DNA from: Fimbriosthenelais zetlandica
Taxonomy: Eukaryota
DNA length: 64,000 nucleotides
Direction of reading: 5' to 3'
Assembly (NCBI GenBank): GCA_977030845.1
Contig: OZ365114.1
Span: 26,536,001-26,600,000, forward strand
The translations under genes were made by a program, and so were the position numbers. Of this stretch, positions 50,966 to 64,000 are shown in pieces (position 1 is the stretch's first letter; each line of letters opens with the position of its first letter). Below the pieces are notes generated by a model that was not told the DNA's origin, ran no database searches, and saw only the letters and a program-made list of their open reading frames with translations.

Positions 50966-52979
50966 TTTTTGACAAACAAATTGGGAGTTGAGTTGAAGAT
51001 ATGTTAAAGGGGCTCTGAAATGTATTGCGAGGGAAATGCTATTGTGAGGATATGCTACTGCGAGGTATCTACAGAATTCAGGGGATTTGAGTTATACCTA
51101 TAGTGCTGTCCATATTCTATGCACTTTTCCCACATATACAAGCCCAATAATTGACAATATTGAATACATTGTATGTTAAAAAACATGTTAAACAGGTTAA
51201 TTAAGCTGATGATATGAAAGATGAGATGGAGAGATTCTAAAACTATAGGGAACAAACAGATAAAGGTGGAAATGAGAATGTCTTTGGATCTCTTAATAAG
51301 TTGAGGCTCAGTGATATCTTTTTAATGATGGCATAGCTTTTATATCCATAATGAATCCTGCCGGACCCATCATGTCTGTGGCATCACAGAGATGGTGACT
51401 AAATACTCAGTCTGTCCAATGCTTTTTAAAATAAGTTGATTTTTTCATCCTTTTTGTCATTTCATGTTGGGATGGCACTGATGGAATGAATCATGTTTTT
51501 CACGATGTGGTTGATGCTTTTCCCTCGGAAAAAAACTCACTTGCCTGACATAATTCATTGGTTATGAGCAGTACCTTCATCAGGATGCTTTCTATTAATG
51601 ATCCTGGCCACAGAAGAAAGGCTGTATTTGCTCCCAGATATGCGCTCCCAAGTCCTGACTAAACGCAGGCGAACTTTTTAACACCACACTTCTTTCAGCG
51701 CCTAAGTGATTTGTCATCAATTGTAAAGAAACTACAATTTGGGATTCTCCGGGGGTTTAAGAGTTAGTGTGAGGGAGTGATGGATGAAACCTACCCTCAA
51801 AGACTTCTATTCTCCTCTAGGGAGGGAGAAAAGAAAGCTCCTGGGCTCTTTTTGTATTGGTTGAAGCAGTGCACGTGACACGCACTGAAAGCCTAATTAG
51901 CATATCAAGGGGCGTGGCCACAGACAGTGATTGAAGACTGAATCTCTCCAAGCGCAGGATATCTCTATGATATTCATATCCCAGGGTAACAATTACAAGG
52001 CAAAACACAAAGAACAAAGAACAAGTTCTTCTAAAATATGCAGAACTCATCAGCGTGACGTATTCAAGGCGGGATTCAATGTTAATTCAAAGCATTATTG
52101 TAATGATAATGTAATGGCCCAGACTATGGTCTGAATTGAGGGAAATCAGCACATGAAAAGATGACCTACATATGAATACCAAAGGGACTTTCAGAGCTTA
52201 AATAAAGTATGACAAAGCATGAATATTCCAGACGTGAGGGCTAACAGGGGAATTGAAATCTGTTTCTAGCATTCCAGCATTTAGCCCTAGGTTCCATAGA
52301 CTACTTAGAACATGAGAGGAGCCCAATGGTCCAAGGAAAACCATCTGCACATTCTACCAAATCAAAAAAAGCAAATCAAAAACTTCCAAGTTGCTGCCCA
52401 GAAAATACATACCAGAACAAAAGATAGTTGGCATGGTATTGACTCATGTATCAAGAATTCAAGCCAACTTTTTTCGTTCTGGTTGAAAAGTAAAAAAAAA
52501 AAAATCAAACATTGGCAGGGATGTGTATAGGGAGTGTGAAGGACCTCAGTGAGAGGTATAATAAATCAGGTCCAACATCAATCAGTCTTACAATGTTGTA
52601 GATCCAGTACGCCAATCTATCTCAACACCTTCCATTCTCCACTGCCCTTGTTTATGTCCATGAATCTGTCAACTACATTCCAGGGAAACAGAAGTGACTT
52701 GTCCTATTTTCACTGAAAAATATTATATTTTGCACCCTTCCGCCAAGAAAAAAAGGAATATTATAAAAAAAATCTATATTAGAAGACAACCTAACAATGG
52801 CAAGACAAGGCATTTCATTAATATGCAAACCTCCAAGATTTTGCTAATAAATTTGAAAAGAGTTGGTCGGAAGTATGCATTGCATAGCGGTTCCAGAGAG
52901 CTTGGCGGGTCGGGTTCTATCTGTTTCACGTCTGACTAATGCCAAAGAAATGCACGACGTGTGCATGTTCTGAGATGTC

Positions 52980-52994
52980 GGGGGGGGGGGGGGG
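52980..52994 (+). repeat. G15 homopolymer
   Basis: Direct reading. A second G-rich run (GGGGGGTGGGGGTGGGGG) lies at ~53151-53168. Confidence 0.95.
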
Positions 52995-55900
52995 CGGCAT
53001 GGTCTAAAAATAGCTGCACCTTTGATCCCAGCATGCTGTGTGTGAGAGAAGGAGTCAGCTTTTCTCAGACCTTGAGGTAAAAATAAAACCTTTCTCAACA
53101 GCTGTGAGATTTGTGCAGAATCGGGAGTAATAGATGTTAGCAACTGCCTTGGGGGGTGGGGGTGGGGGAGTCCCATTTCAAAATAATCAACATTGGTCCA
53201 ATTTGTCAATGCTTTATTTGGAAATAAGCATTTTCTGAGGGAGAAACTCAGAAAGACATTAGAATTTACCACTAAAAGTTATCCTGAAGTACCCTACAAC
53301 TCCTGCATTCCCCAACTGCACTTATGATCCTAGATGGTGGGATGCTCATCTTTTCATTTTTTGAAGCAAAGTTTTGTTTTGTTGTAGCAGTTGAATACAG
53401 TTGCCACTTAGAGGCAGTACCTAGTGATCATGGAGTAAGGTGGGGACTGAGTTTTGATAGAGTCCCACGTAAAGCTCTGTTTATGTGGTTAGTCATGTAT
53501 CATGGTAAGATGTGAGAGGTAGTGTATATGTTTACAAACGCCCACAGCTATCTGGTGTGGACATATGTTTTACAACACGACTCCCTTTCCCAGACACCTT
53601 CAACCGTTTGCTTTTCTTTGAAACCAAAATATTATCGAGCCATATATCATGGTTTATGGAGATCATAGTAGGCATTAAGTCAAATGATGTATGATCATTA
53701 AATTCAAAACTAATGGTTATATATTGCAGTATTTCCAGAGACCATTTTCCAGATAAATAAACAAGGCAATGCCTTGAGCTATAAAACCTGTTTTCGTTAT
53801 AGAATCTGGCAATAAAGTTTAAAACATTACATAGATCATAATAACATTCCCCCATAGAACGTAGCCCGAAGCTATTGGCTTCAAATTGTTCAATTTTGAG
53901 TTCAATAACTGTTCACTGATGGTTTTATGTCAGTGTAATGGCCTGCAGACCAGCACAGAGTGATATAGGTTCACGTCAGGAATTAACGTCTAACGTCTGT
54001 TCTGTAGACGCTGCTATGACGTACTATACAGGTTCTCTGTACCTCACCTACATGTTGTACCACGACGTCAGTAAGAATAGTTTCTCAGAATGCTACCAGG
54101 TGCTACCTCTGACGTCAAACGCCTTCAATTTCATTGTTCCTGGAACCGCTATCAGCTTTTCTATCTTAAGGAGCATTAACCTCTGAACCCCTTTCAAAAG
54201 TAACCAATAAAATGGTCTGTCCTTGTAATAGAAATTACCCGGCATATGGTTAATGTAGGTAAGAGCGATGGTGATAGTTCAGTTCTGAGGCTTGATTCAG
54301 GATCACTTTTAACTGTGGCACAGTGTGCCAGTCGAGGCACGTTCAGTTTGAATCACAGCTAACCAGGTCTAGCCACCCAAACCCAATCACTCAGGTTCAG
54401 AATTCCCCAAATCCAATCCAGGCAAATCAAATATCACAGCTTGATTGTGTTATCTCGCTCTTATTCAGACAATCCTGTCCACACTGCACAACAACCTGTC
54501 CCTATCTCATCTATGTCCATAGATAACAGCCAGAGGAACCAAACACTAGCGTACCAGTGAATTAAAATACACTAACTCTAGATCTATCTGAACTCTATAC
54601 GCCACCTAAATTAAAGTAAGAACAGTTCTCAGGCACATATATATGAAGGCTAGATCTACTTACAAAGAGTATCACTGGTTTGCTTTTAAATTGTAGACCC
54701 TATACTTATAGTTCAATGGAGACGCCAGTGGGACGCCATATTGGAGACAAACTAGAAAAATGGAGAGGTCAAATAGAAGGGAAAAAAAGTGAAAAAGACC
54801 ATTGATTTTTGACTTACGGATGGGGCATATTTGCATAAGCCTCTCAGTGACTGAAAGAAACTTAAACTTCAGCCAGGAATGGTATTCCCAGATAGAGCTC
54901 AGTCATTGGTTAAAATCCTAAGCTGCAAAGCAAACAGTGAAAGTTGCAGAAGGCTGAAGAGATTGATTTTCCTAAATCAGGTTTTCTGCTAATATGACAC
55001 AGTTGCCTGGCCATATACCGGGGGCATTTCTGGTACAGGCATACTAACACACACCAATACCATATTGCCCTTGGTGTAATATCAGGGTTGTGTGTGCTGG
55101 GGGTTTCTTTTGTAACACATGGCCTGAAGACCACACCCTTTTATGGGGTGTCCCAATAGCAGCACAGCCCAATGCACACACAGCACACGGCGCTCAAACA
55201 ATTCAGGCAGCCATTGATATTCAGAAGCGCGGCAATGCCCCCTATTGGGCCATCAGTTCACTCTGGTCAAATCATGGTCTATAGAGGTGCAGGGCGCCCA
55301 GGGTCCAATGTTCTGGTTATATTTGGAAGTGGGGGATGGGAAGAGGGGGTCTGGAAGGAAGAATGGAAGAAGGGTAAGCAGTGCTGGAATGCCAATAAGA
55401 CAAGGACCCAAGCCTCTTATACAATACCATCTGGAAGTCAATATCAAGGCACATAAGTTATATGACCATTTGACCCCAAGATTCTCATTTGCTTAGCATG
55501 CATGGCCGAATTGCACTCATCCACATAAAGGACCAAGTTGATGACCTCAATATGGCAGACTCTCAATATTGAACTTCAAATCAGCCTCGTGGTCTTCTGG
55601 AATACAAAGCTGAACACCGGTGCCTTACAAAAGCACCAGAACCATTAAGCTCACCCTGATCAGATTGTATTATTGATACCTGACCACTGATCGCATGTTT
55701 TTCTATACTCAGGGAGGCCCTGATGCCAACATACTGACACGATATAGTCATAGAGAGATAATGCTTGATAATTGGCCAGTATGTGGATTGGGAGAGATGG
55801 CTGGTCGGTGCTGATATACGGAGCCACTCCTCAACACGCTACACACCTCGCATGCCCACAGACGGTAAATCACGGCGCCCGACAGAATCCTGATCTAGGG

Positions 55901-56620
55901 ATTTAATGGTAGACCCAAAACATAGGAGTCACGCCAGGCAGGGGCTCAACAAGATGGGCAGAGGTATTCCCTACTGTGCTGTGTCAAGGAGTGAGGTGAG
56001 CCAGGGTTAAGAAGGGCTTTCTTTCTACTGACAAGCCGGACTCTTAAAAAGACATGGTGGTTCTTTCTTCAGAGAACGGTATGCAGAGGTGGAAAAGAGG
56101 TGAAGGGCTTGTATAAACTGTTCAGTGTTTGTTTGGCAAACTCCTTATACTCCTGTCCGGGAACTGGGACATTCATTTCGTTTCTTATTAGTTTTTTCCT
56201 CGGTGCAAGTATTCATGTATGGTCATAATTGGGACTCCCTGTGATGGAATAAAAGTCTTATATTGGGTAGACACCATTGAAGTATTCAGGTCCGGCATGT
56301 AGCAGATTTTCTGTATTTTGCCGCTGATGATGTTAGTGGGAGGAAGCAGGGTATGGGAAGGAGCTGACAGTTTGATGTGGTGATGAGAGTCGGCGTCAAG
56401 AGTAATGAAAACACTGGGCCGTCTGTAGAATGTGCCGAGACAATGGAGAAGGTGGTACTGACTGGATACAGTTGAGCCCAGTCATCACGAACCAATCAAC
56501 AGATAGACAATTGATAGCCAAATTAACTCTTCATATTGGAGTTACTTACTGACGTTTCCCCAATTACCTCTCAATTCCAAACCTTGATTCCAGACCTCGA
56601 TTCTCTTGTATGAAGTAGAT

Positions 56621-56684
56621 CTGGGACCTGTTCTAGAACAACGATTAACAAGTCTATGGGTAATCCTACAGCTGAAATGAGCTG
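56621..56684 (-). mobile_element. Diverged MITE copy, same family (CTG...CTG flanks)
   Basis: CTGGGACCTGTTCTAGAACAACGATTAACAAGTCTATGGGTAATCCTACAGCTGAAATGAGCTG aligns end to end with the reverse complement of 58441-58514. Confidence 0.8.
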
Positions 56685-58440
56685 AACGTTGTTCTTGAAG
56701 TAAAGGTTGTCAGATAAAGAAGGGCGCTCTATTGTAGGGTCTATCTGTATCCCTATGGTTCAATCAACAGCCTGTTTTCTAACCTAGTCGCTCTCGGGGA
56801 CCCTTTACTTGTATGCTCTGGCAGCCTCTGTCTATATAGACCTAGTTGAAGCCCTGGAATAGAGGAAGCCACTGAGGTAATGAGCTGAAGCCACTGCCTA
56901 GCTTCTCTCACTCAGTGACTGTAGAAGTGATGGGACCTTCTAGGCTACTCTATATCTATATCTTGTTACCCAGATCTTAACACAGATCCGTATTTGGGTC
57001 TTCGTTCCCTTGTACATTAATATCATTTTTGAGTTAATACTCTCATAATGTGTTTCAATTCTCCCAAATTAAAAAGGCTAGACATGATAATCAATGACAT
57101 CAGTCGACATTGCTAAGTGCATGTATAAGACTTCTCTTGTTTTCTATATATGAAAAGACCACTCCCACATTATAAGCTGGCAAAAAGTTCAATTCATCAG
57201 CAACAAAAATGATACCGGAGAGTCCCATTGATATAGCTCATAGCTACCTCATCATATGTCTGGAACATTAGTAAAACACTGGCTTCCCCCAGCAACATAG
57301 CAAAGCTGTGTTTTTTACTGAGTCCATATAATATGAATATTCAGAGGGGATGACAGGCAAGCTGTGCTAACTGGAAATAAATCTTATTTTTATTCTCAGG
57401 TTTTTATAATCAAAACTGAGAATACCTCATCCGAACCATAAACTCTTTATAGTTCAGCATGATTAAAAGATGCTCAGCGAAAAGGTCACAGAGCAGAATG
57501 TGGTCGTAAAGTTGGTATCCATAGTCATTTCATACAAAAACGATAAACTATGCTACAAAGACACCCATACTGCCTATGTTTCTGTCTTGTACAATTTATT
57601 GCTTTTACATTTTTAGCCTTAAAACTCTCGGGATTCATGCATATTATTTGCTTGGTCGGAAACGATAAATGTTCGCAATATTAATTTGGTTCTAAGCCCC
57701 AGTGTTACGTATTGCAATCACATAGGATGCTCTGTCGATCTTGCAGTCTAAACATAATTATATAAACATATTTATACTAGTTTAATTTAAGTGGAGATCA
57801 AAATTTGAATCAATATGAAGCAGATAGTGCAACATACTTTTGTTATGCATTACTTTACCTATCTATATAGATATATGGCGTGTCTGCCAGGATTCATGTG
57901 AGGCAGAGTATGCATGGTAGACCCATTTATTGTTTTCTAATGGATTCTGACAATAAATGTTATATGGCAAGTCATAAAGGAGTATTCCATGGGAGATAAA
58001 CGGGTTGTAACAGTGTAACATTAGGAAGTTAAAAGGATGCTGCCTCACTTTGTTATCATGATGAAGATAGTTATGTTGCATGACAATCAGACAGAAGCCG
58101 GTCCTATCTGAATGTCTATCTCTAATACTGGAATAAAACACATACATGGCATAGCAAATCTAGAGGTACTGACGCTATAGGTGATTCAATGTACATCCAC
58201 TGCAGCCTTTTCATGTGATTTGAGAACTGAATATTAGGTGTTACCGCATCATTTGTACCATGCCTAAGGTCATACCTTATATAAACCAGTTTAATTTGGT
58301 TCCCTATGTAGGAAAGAAGGTGGTAAGGCATTGTAATTTATTAGACACATAGCGGTAAGGTAGAATATTGCCCGGAGCAACCCCAAGCCCTGGATCTGAT
58401 TGACTTTTCCTCCAATAAAGCACCTGCCTCCTGAACGCAC

Positions 58441-58514
58441 CAGGGGCCCGTTTCAGCGCAAACAAATTCCCATAGACTTGACATTGCTCATGGTTGTTCT
58501 GAAACGGGCCCCTG
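58441..58514 (+). mobile_element. Best-preserved MITE copy, 74 bp with perfect 16-bp inverted ends
   Basis: CAGGGGCCCGTTTCAG (58441-58456) and CTGAAACGGGCCCCTG (58499-58514). The outer CAG/CTG is read as a CWG target site. Confidence 0.9.
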
Positions 58515-60642
58515 AATTAACACCAGCTGACGTTCATCTGTAGTATACGTCACAATTAGCAATCAGAGGCCAATGAGGCTGGGTGGAAGGCTGGTAAATA
58601 ATGAAGAGGTGAGGCTGGGTCAGGAGGCTGGCTAGATTAATGATTCATTTATAACTACCAGGCTCTGATGGAATGAGAGGTACTTACACAGGTAGAGTAC
58701 ACTGTCAATAAAATCATCCTTTTTGTGTGTAAAATTACAATTTAGGATGATTTGGCGTCTCTGCTGGAGGTGTACCATACTGCAACAGAACACTTAACAT
58801 TGTTGCCATAGTACTTTGATTGTAAGAAAAGATTTGATATCATACTACGTTCTGAATCTTTGATGCCAGTATTATTATGTAAATGCATTTAGCTTGAATT
58901 TCCAAATTATAAATGTTGCTCAAGTTTGGGGCATCAGGTCGAGGAGAAAACTTCATAATAGGGTTGTTAGCAATGCCGAATATCAGGAGAACCCTTGGAG
59001 GTGATACTGCAGTCTAAAATGTTCAGCATATATTAATGTTAGCAGTAGGGCCTACATAGGATTATAACATATGAAATAAAGGATTATATGAGTTGGAATA
59101 TCAAAATCTACCTAGACATAAGTCTAGACGAGGGAGTATAATCAATGGTGGGCTATTTTCCATACTAACGATGATCAATATAGGTAGGGGCATGGGTAAA
59201 TCGTTGTGGGGAAGTCAGTATCTGGTACATCATTAATATCAGGCTATAGAACCTAAGTCTCTCTATAGAAGTTTTCTACAAAATATCAATCTACAAAAGG
59301 CACAAAACTACCTATAATTACAAGACTAAGCTTAAAATGATTCATTGTTGCAGAAAGTAGAGGCTTAAAGTTATTCTTCAGTGCATGATGCTAATAGATA
59401 TAGGCTCATGAAGTTCTTTGGGTTTTGTCTTGGACGTTTTCTGAGTACGGTGGTTTCGCTATTTTATATGGTACGTTCTCCATTTTCCCATCTCACAGAA
59501 ATGTAAACACAAACAGACCAAAGGGGGTCAACCTTTAACCATAACACTAAACCGCCCAACCCCTGTTTCTGATTTAAAGCTTTAGTAAAAAATGTCTGCT
59601 TCAATTGAAGTCCGCTTTAAAGTTTAGAACCAGTTGAAGACCCGCCACGTGCCTCGGTACTTCCTGAATGAAAACCAGGCCACCGCACATGCGCTGTGGG
59701 AGTGTCTGCTTGCTACTTCCGTTTCCAAGATCCAGCTGTTGAGCATTGAGGTAGATCACTTCCTATCACAAGGTCAAGCTACGAAAAAGATACTTCTTTC
59801 CCATGCCAATATATCCTGGCATTTTAAAGCTTGAAAGTAGATTATTTTTAGGGTTTCTTGTGCCTTAAAGGTCCCTGAATTAGTTTAATATTCCTAACAT
59901 GCAAGATATCAAGCTGCCAGAAGACCAAAGATCTTAATAGTTTAAGTCATGAGTGCCTTGAAAATTGAAAGTTTTCAGTTCAATTTTCATGACAATTGTC
60001 ATGACTATTTACCGGACCAATCCAAACAGGAACTAATTAGGTTCCAGATATCTGTGAAGAACGATTCACCCCAAAGGAAAAGAAATATCACCATCTCAAA
60101 ACCATCAGTTTCGATAACATCAGGATCTATACTTCCAAGGTCTTTTTTCGCCTGCCAAGGCAATCCACTGAGTCTATATGGTGCGAGAACCTTGTGGTGT
60201 AACCGTACCTGCAAGTGAGCCTGGAGAACAGCAGGAGGGAGGACCCCATACTCACAACTTGTCAGTACCAGTTACATGACTAGATTATAAAGAGGTGGCA
60301 TACTGCCTCTACATGCCCTCCTACTCCCCATGTTCACCCCATAATAATTCATAAATACCATCTGAACCTTACTATAATGACCTTTTGATCGCTTACAAAT
60401 TACCTCACAAATTATGATGGATAAATGGCAGAATATGCGTGATAGAGATAAGTTATGGATTATCTTTCACTCGGTGATTCACATTATTTTTTTCTGACGG
60501 CATGAATGTTTTTAGAGGTTTTTACTGAAAGATCTTATGGAGAAGTCCATGCAACAGCCACCCAATCCTTTTGTGGAGATCTGTTTAGTGTGCAGTCCTT
60601 GCCATGCGATGAGAGGGAGTGAAGCGAGTTTTCTACCTTAGC

Positions 60643-60702
60643 GACGCGACGCAATTCATACGATGCAAGAATCTGAACACATCTCATGCATTGCGTTGCG
60701 TC
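60643..60702. mobile_element. Short inverted-repeat element, possible second MITE family remnant
   Basis: GACGCGACGCAAT (60643-60655) versus ATTGCGTTGCGTC (60690-60702), 12/13 match with the mismatch at a CpG. CTTA and TAAG lie two bases outside the ends. Confidence 0.45.
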
Positions 60703-62232
60703 TTTAAGGTGGAATAGGACCAATAGTAGACAGACTCGGAGAGAAGAGAAAGTCCTCTGTTATCTTCTTACAGATGAGACGCTAGTGGATTGGTGCTAAG
60801 CTGTTTTTTCTTGTTGCCAACATGAGAGATGTGAACCAAAGAAGGTAATCTTTTAAAATCTAATGACATGAAAAGACTTAACACATAAATCAGATGCAAG
60901 TAAGATATAAATCGAGAGGAAAATGGGAAAGGATCTTGACATGGGAAATTCAGAGTATGTACATTATACATGTATGTTCTGTCTTATAAGCGCATTATGT
61001 TGCAGTTCACAAGTTGCACACTGAAGACTCAGAGTGGAATACACGTTTCTATAGGAGTGATTGAGATTCCACCAGATGCATGATGCAAATACCCAGTCAC
61101 AATGTAGCCACATACACTCCTCACACGGGACATCAGCCTCATTCTTCACACAATTTACAGCCGCAGACTTCAATTTAAAGAGCCTGGGAAGGTTCTTAAA
61201 GATCCTCTGTTTGTTTTGGAAGCTGAGCCACAAGTTGGCATGGTATGTGTTGGAATTTGTATTCCTACTTATTCTTGAAGAGTAAAAATGCAGCGGTATA
61301 TCCTCTTGAAATATGCTCTTTTTATTTGCATTGGAGTAAAGTTCCTAGGAGTAAATTCTGTCTATCTTTAGGTAAACAAACGGTTTCCTTGAATTGCTCT
61401 ACTTGAGTTCTTGTCAGGGCAAGGAGCAGGAGGGAGTAGGTGGAGCTAAGGTGGTGGAGATCATCTAGAAAGGCATGAATAGTCTAGCCTGAGCAGGGAG
61501 CAGGGAGCAATTTGGTTTAATCATAAAGAATATTTGAAATTATGCAAAGAAATATTGTTTCGGAGCATTTGATTAAATAACATCTCCTCATGTCCTCATT
61601 AAAAATTTCTTCTGGATTTGCAGATGTCGGAGAATAACTCATTAAGGGAGAACTAATTGGCAAAGTTCATGAGGTACAATAATGCCTTGGGGAACATCTC
61701 AAGAATATGACGAGACCATATCAGTTACCTGGTGGAATCTGTTCTCATGTGTTGCCAGGTGACAGCATGAAGACAGGTGTGAATATAACACCTCAACTTA
61801 ATGAGTTTAGGAAAGTTTACACGCCTCCAATCACACTTCACCGCCAGTGAGGGATAAATCCACCTTTATGATGGTCTCTTTTACCGGCTTATAATACTGT
61901 TAAATATACATCATGGTTCCTGGAAATGTGATCTCAGTAAAATAAATAATCCAGGTGCTCACCCGGATCTTTCTCGACGATATAAGATTTATTATGTTGA
62001 GGAAAAACACTCACATAAATGGCCAATTCTCAAAATGCTGCTTATAAGTATTCGAGTCTAAACATGAAATACCAAAATGAAATCTAAGTGAGAATCATCT
62101 GCACTGGGGTGGGAATTTTAATCTAGCCCACAGGTCCTTGGTGTTATGTGTGGTCATTAGGGGGCGTTTTGATTAGGCCATGACCCTTGTCCGGTTCCGG
62201 CAGTCCGAGGGAATCTCCCCGGGCATCCCCCT

Positions 62233-62274
62233 TTGACCTGGCGTCATGTGACCTTGACCTGGCGTCACGTGACC
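62233..62274. repeat. 21-bp tandem duplication containing E-box/CLEAR and nuclear-receptor-type half sites
   Basis: TTGACCTGGCGTCATGTGACC TTGACCTGGCGTCACGTGACC, with GTCACGTGAC at 62263-62272 and TGACCTTGA across the junction at 62249-62257. Confidence 0.9.
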
Positions 62275-63130
62275 TCATTGGCATGCCCTCTGGCGGCGTC
62301 TCAGGTAATCTGGACCGCTATATATCATTGTTAGACGGATGTCCGACAGTACTTTGAGGTTAGGGCGTTATTTTGGGAGTAATTACAAAGTGAAAACACA
62401 TTTACTGAGGCCACGGGTTCAATTTAACCTGAAGTGTGCTAAATGTAAAGCACATTTAAGTTCCAGTCTAAGATGAATTGGAATTGGAACTTTGCTATCA
62501 CTTTTCATTTCTCCTCAAAGAGGTGCAAAGATGTAGCACCCTTGCAAGATATTTTCATCACTGAGGTATCACGTCACATCACATGGCATGATACCTCACT
62601 CAATCACATCATCCTGAGGCCAGCTAGACCCACCAGTCCTAGGGGTCATTGTGCAAACTCTTGTTGCAGAAAAATCATTTAAGAAAACCGACAGCTCCGA
62701 TTAAGCATCCGCCTAGAGAGAAATGTGGGTTCCAGCTAGAGGTCCAACGAGCCCTCGTACACGTAGAATTTGGACAATGATCCCCTGGCGTCAACAGTAT
62801 TCTCATATTGGTTCATTTCATTGTTAGAAGTATCAACATCAACTTTATAACTAGATTTACTTTCTCAGTGCTTGGTGTATCACTGCCACCCCATGCTGCC
62901 ATTATCACCATGCCACCCACGCCGCCAGGAAAAATCACATCTTGATTTACCCACCTCCTGATTGACATAAATACACAATTGATCTCTCCTAATCCAATCT
63001 CACGTCCATTTAGAGAATGTTACCCGGGATTAAACCATCATTTGTATATCCACTTACTCCCCCGGCTCGTCTAATTCCTCCATAAAGAGGCAAAGTAAAT
63101 ATAAATCAAATGTGATGCTCTCGCACCAAA

Positions 63131-63140
63131 TCTCGCGAGA
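63131..63140. promoter_or_regulatory. TCTCGCGAGA palindrome (BANP/ZBTB33-associated promoter motif)
   Basis: Exact 10-bp palindrome in a small CpG-containing patch. Confidence 0.35.
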
Positions 63141-64000
63141 CGTGACCTCGACATACCCCGGCGTTCATGCTTCTGTCTGATACTTTCCAGAACGAGGCTA
63201 GACAAAAAAAAGTGTAGGTGCCGGTTTGTATTTTACACATCTACGAGTGGAACGACAGTGGCGCTTTTTATCCACCGTACCGACCCTGGTTGTTTTTCCA
63301 CGTTTTTATCCACCTTACCATGCTATCTCAGGGAACGTTAATAATCATCACCTGAAGAGGTACGTGTCAGATCCATGACAAAGATCCTGACTTGGTTGCC
63401 ATGGAAATCTACACACTAAAAGGTTTAGGTGGGCTATCAGGGACCCTAGCTTCCCCGGGGGTGTGGATGTAGTGGGATATAAACAGATATATCCCAGGAT
63501 AACAAAGGAGGACGGATTAAGGAACAGAAGCTTCAGCGTGAAACCCAGCAGCGCTGTTAAGTGATTGGTCCATCCATCTTGTGTAAAGGAAGTGCCCGGA
63601 TGAGGAAAACAGTGAGGTGACCTGTCAGCTGACCTATCAGGTGCGGGGATGGGGGTGGGAGGCAGTGTGAAGGTGTACTCACACAGATTGTCTTGGTTAT
63701 AATGTCAGATTTAGTGTCACTGTATTACTGTCACTTTGACTTCCCAAATCACTTTGCTAAGGATGAATGGTGACTGCTTCATTGAGTTAACTGCTCACTT
63801 AAACTGCTTTCACACTGGAGTCATGATAACACATTAATGCTTACATGAAGACGACATTCTTTTTTTAGAGAACCTCATGTCACAGGACCAAGCACACTTC
63901 AAAAGGAAACTTCAAAAGGTGCCATCACCCATCCGACAAGACAAAAAGGCGAACTAGGCTCAACTTCCATTTGTCCTGTAATTATCTGGAGGTATTGGTC

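Noticed and set aside
1-64000. The listed ORFs as stand-alone genes, and any prokaryotic operon, CRISPR array, rRNA or tRNA
   Set aside because: ORFs are all 146 aa or shorter with random-like composition and no recognisable domain. There is no regularly spaced repeat-spacer array, cloverleaf or rRNA-like sequence.

Overview
This is not a prokaryotic or viral gene-dense locus. The longest ORF is 146 aa, none of the listed ORFs is a recognisable protein, and I found no rRNA, tRNA or CRISPR array. The window looks like mostly intronic/intergenic DNA from an animal genome. It is AT-rich (roughly 40% GC by eye) and CpG-poor, with short CpG-rich patches carrying NRF1-, ETS-, YY1-, CRE-, E2F-, CCAAT- and TCTCGCGAGA-type motifs, plus GT-AG splice signals. 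Best-supported features: (1) a perfect 265-bp tandem duplication at 280-810; (2) a ~70-bp MITE family with GGGCCYGTTTCA terminal inverted repeats and CWG flanks (PIF/Harbinger-like), with four near-full copies and one half copy; (3) several local tandem repeats. The most interesting signals are hypotheses about splicing. These are a pair of paralogous minus-strand exons with matching phases (mutually exclusive exon candidates), three tandem 3n-length exon-like units sharing an AG|GCAAT (GC-AG) boundary, a recursive-splice-site/poison RS-exon configuration, and microexon candidates. I could not assign a gene name or assemble a full gene model. Splice-like motifs arise by chance at appreciable rates in 64 kb, so these calls need RNA-seq or comparative data. 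I see no evidence for a new multi-gene system.
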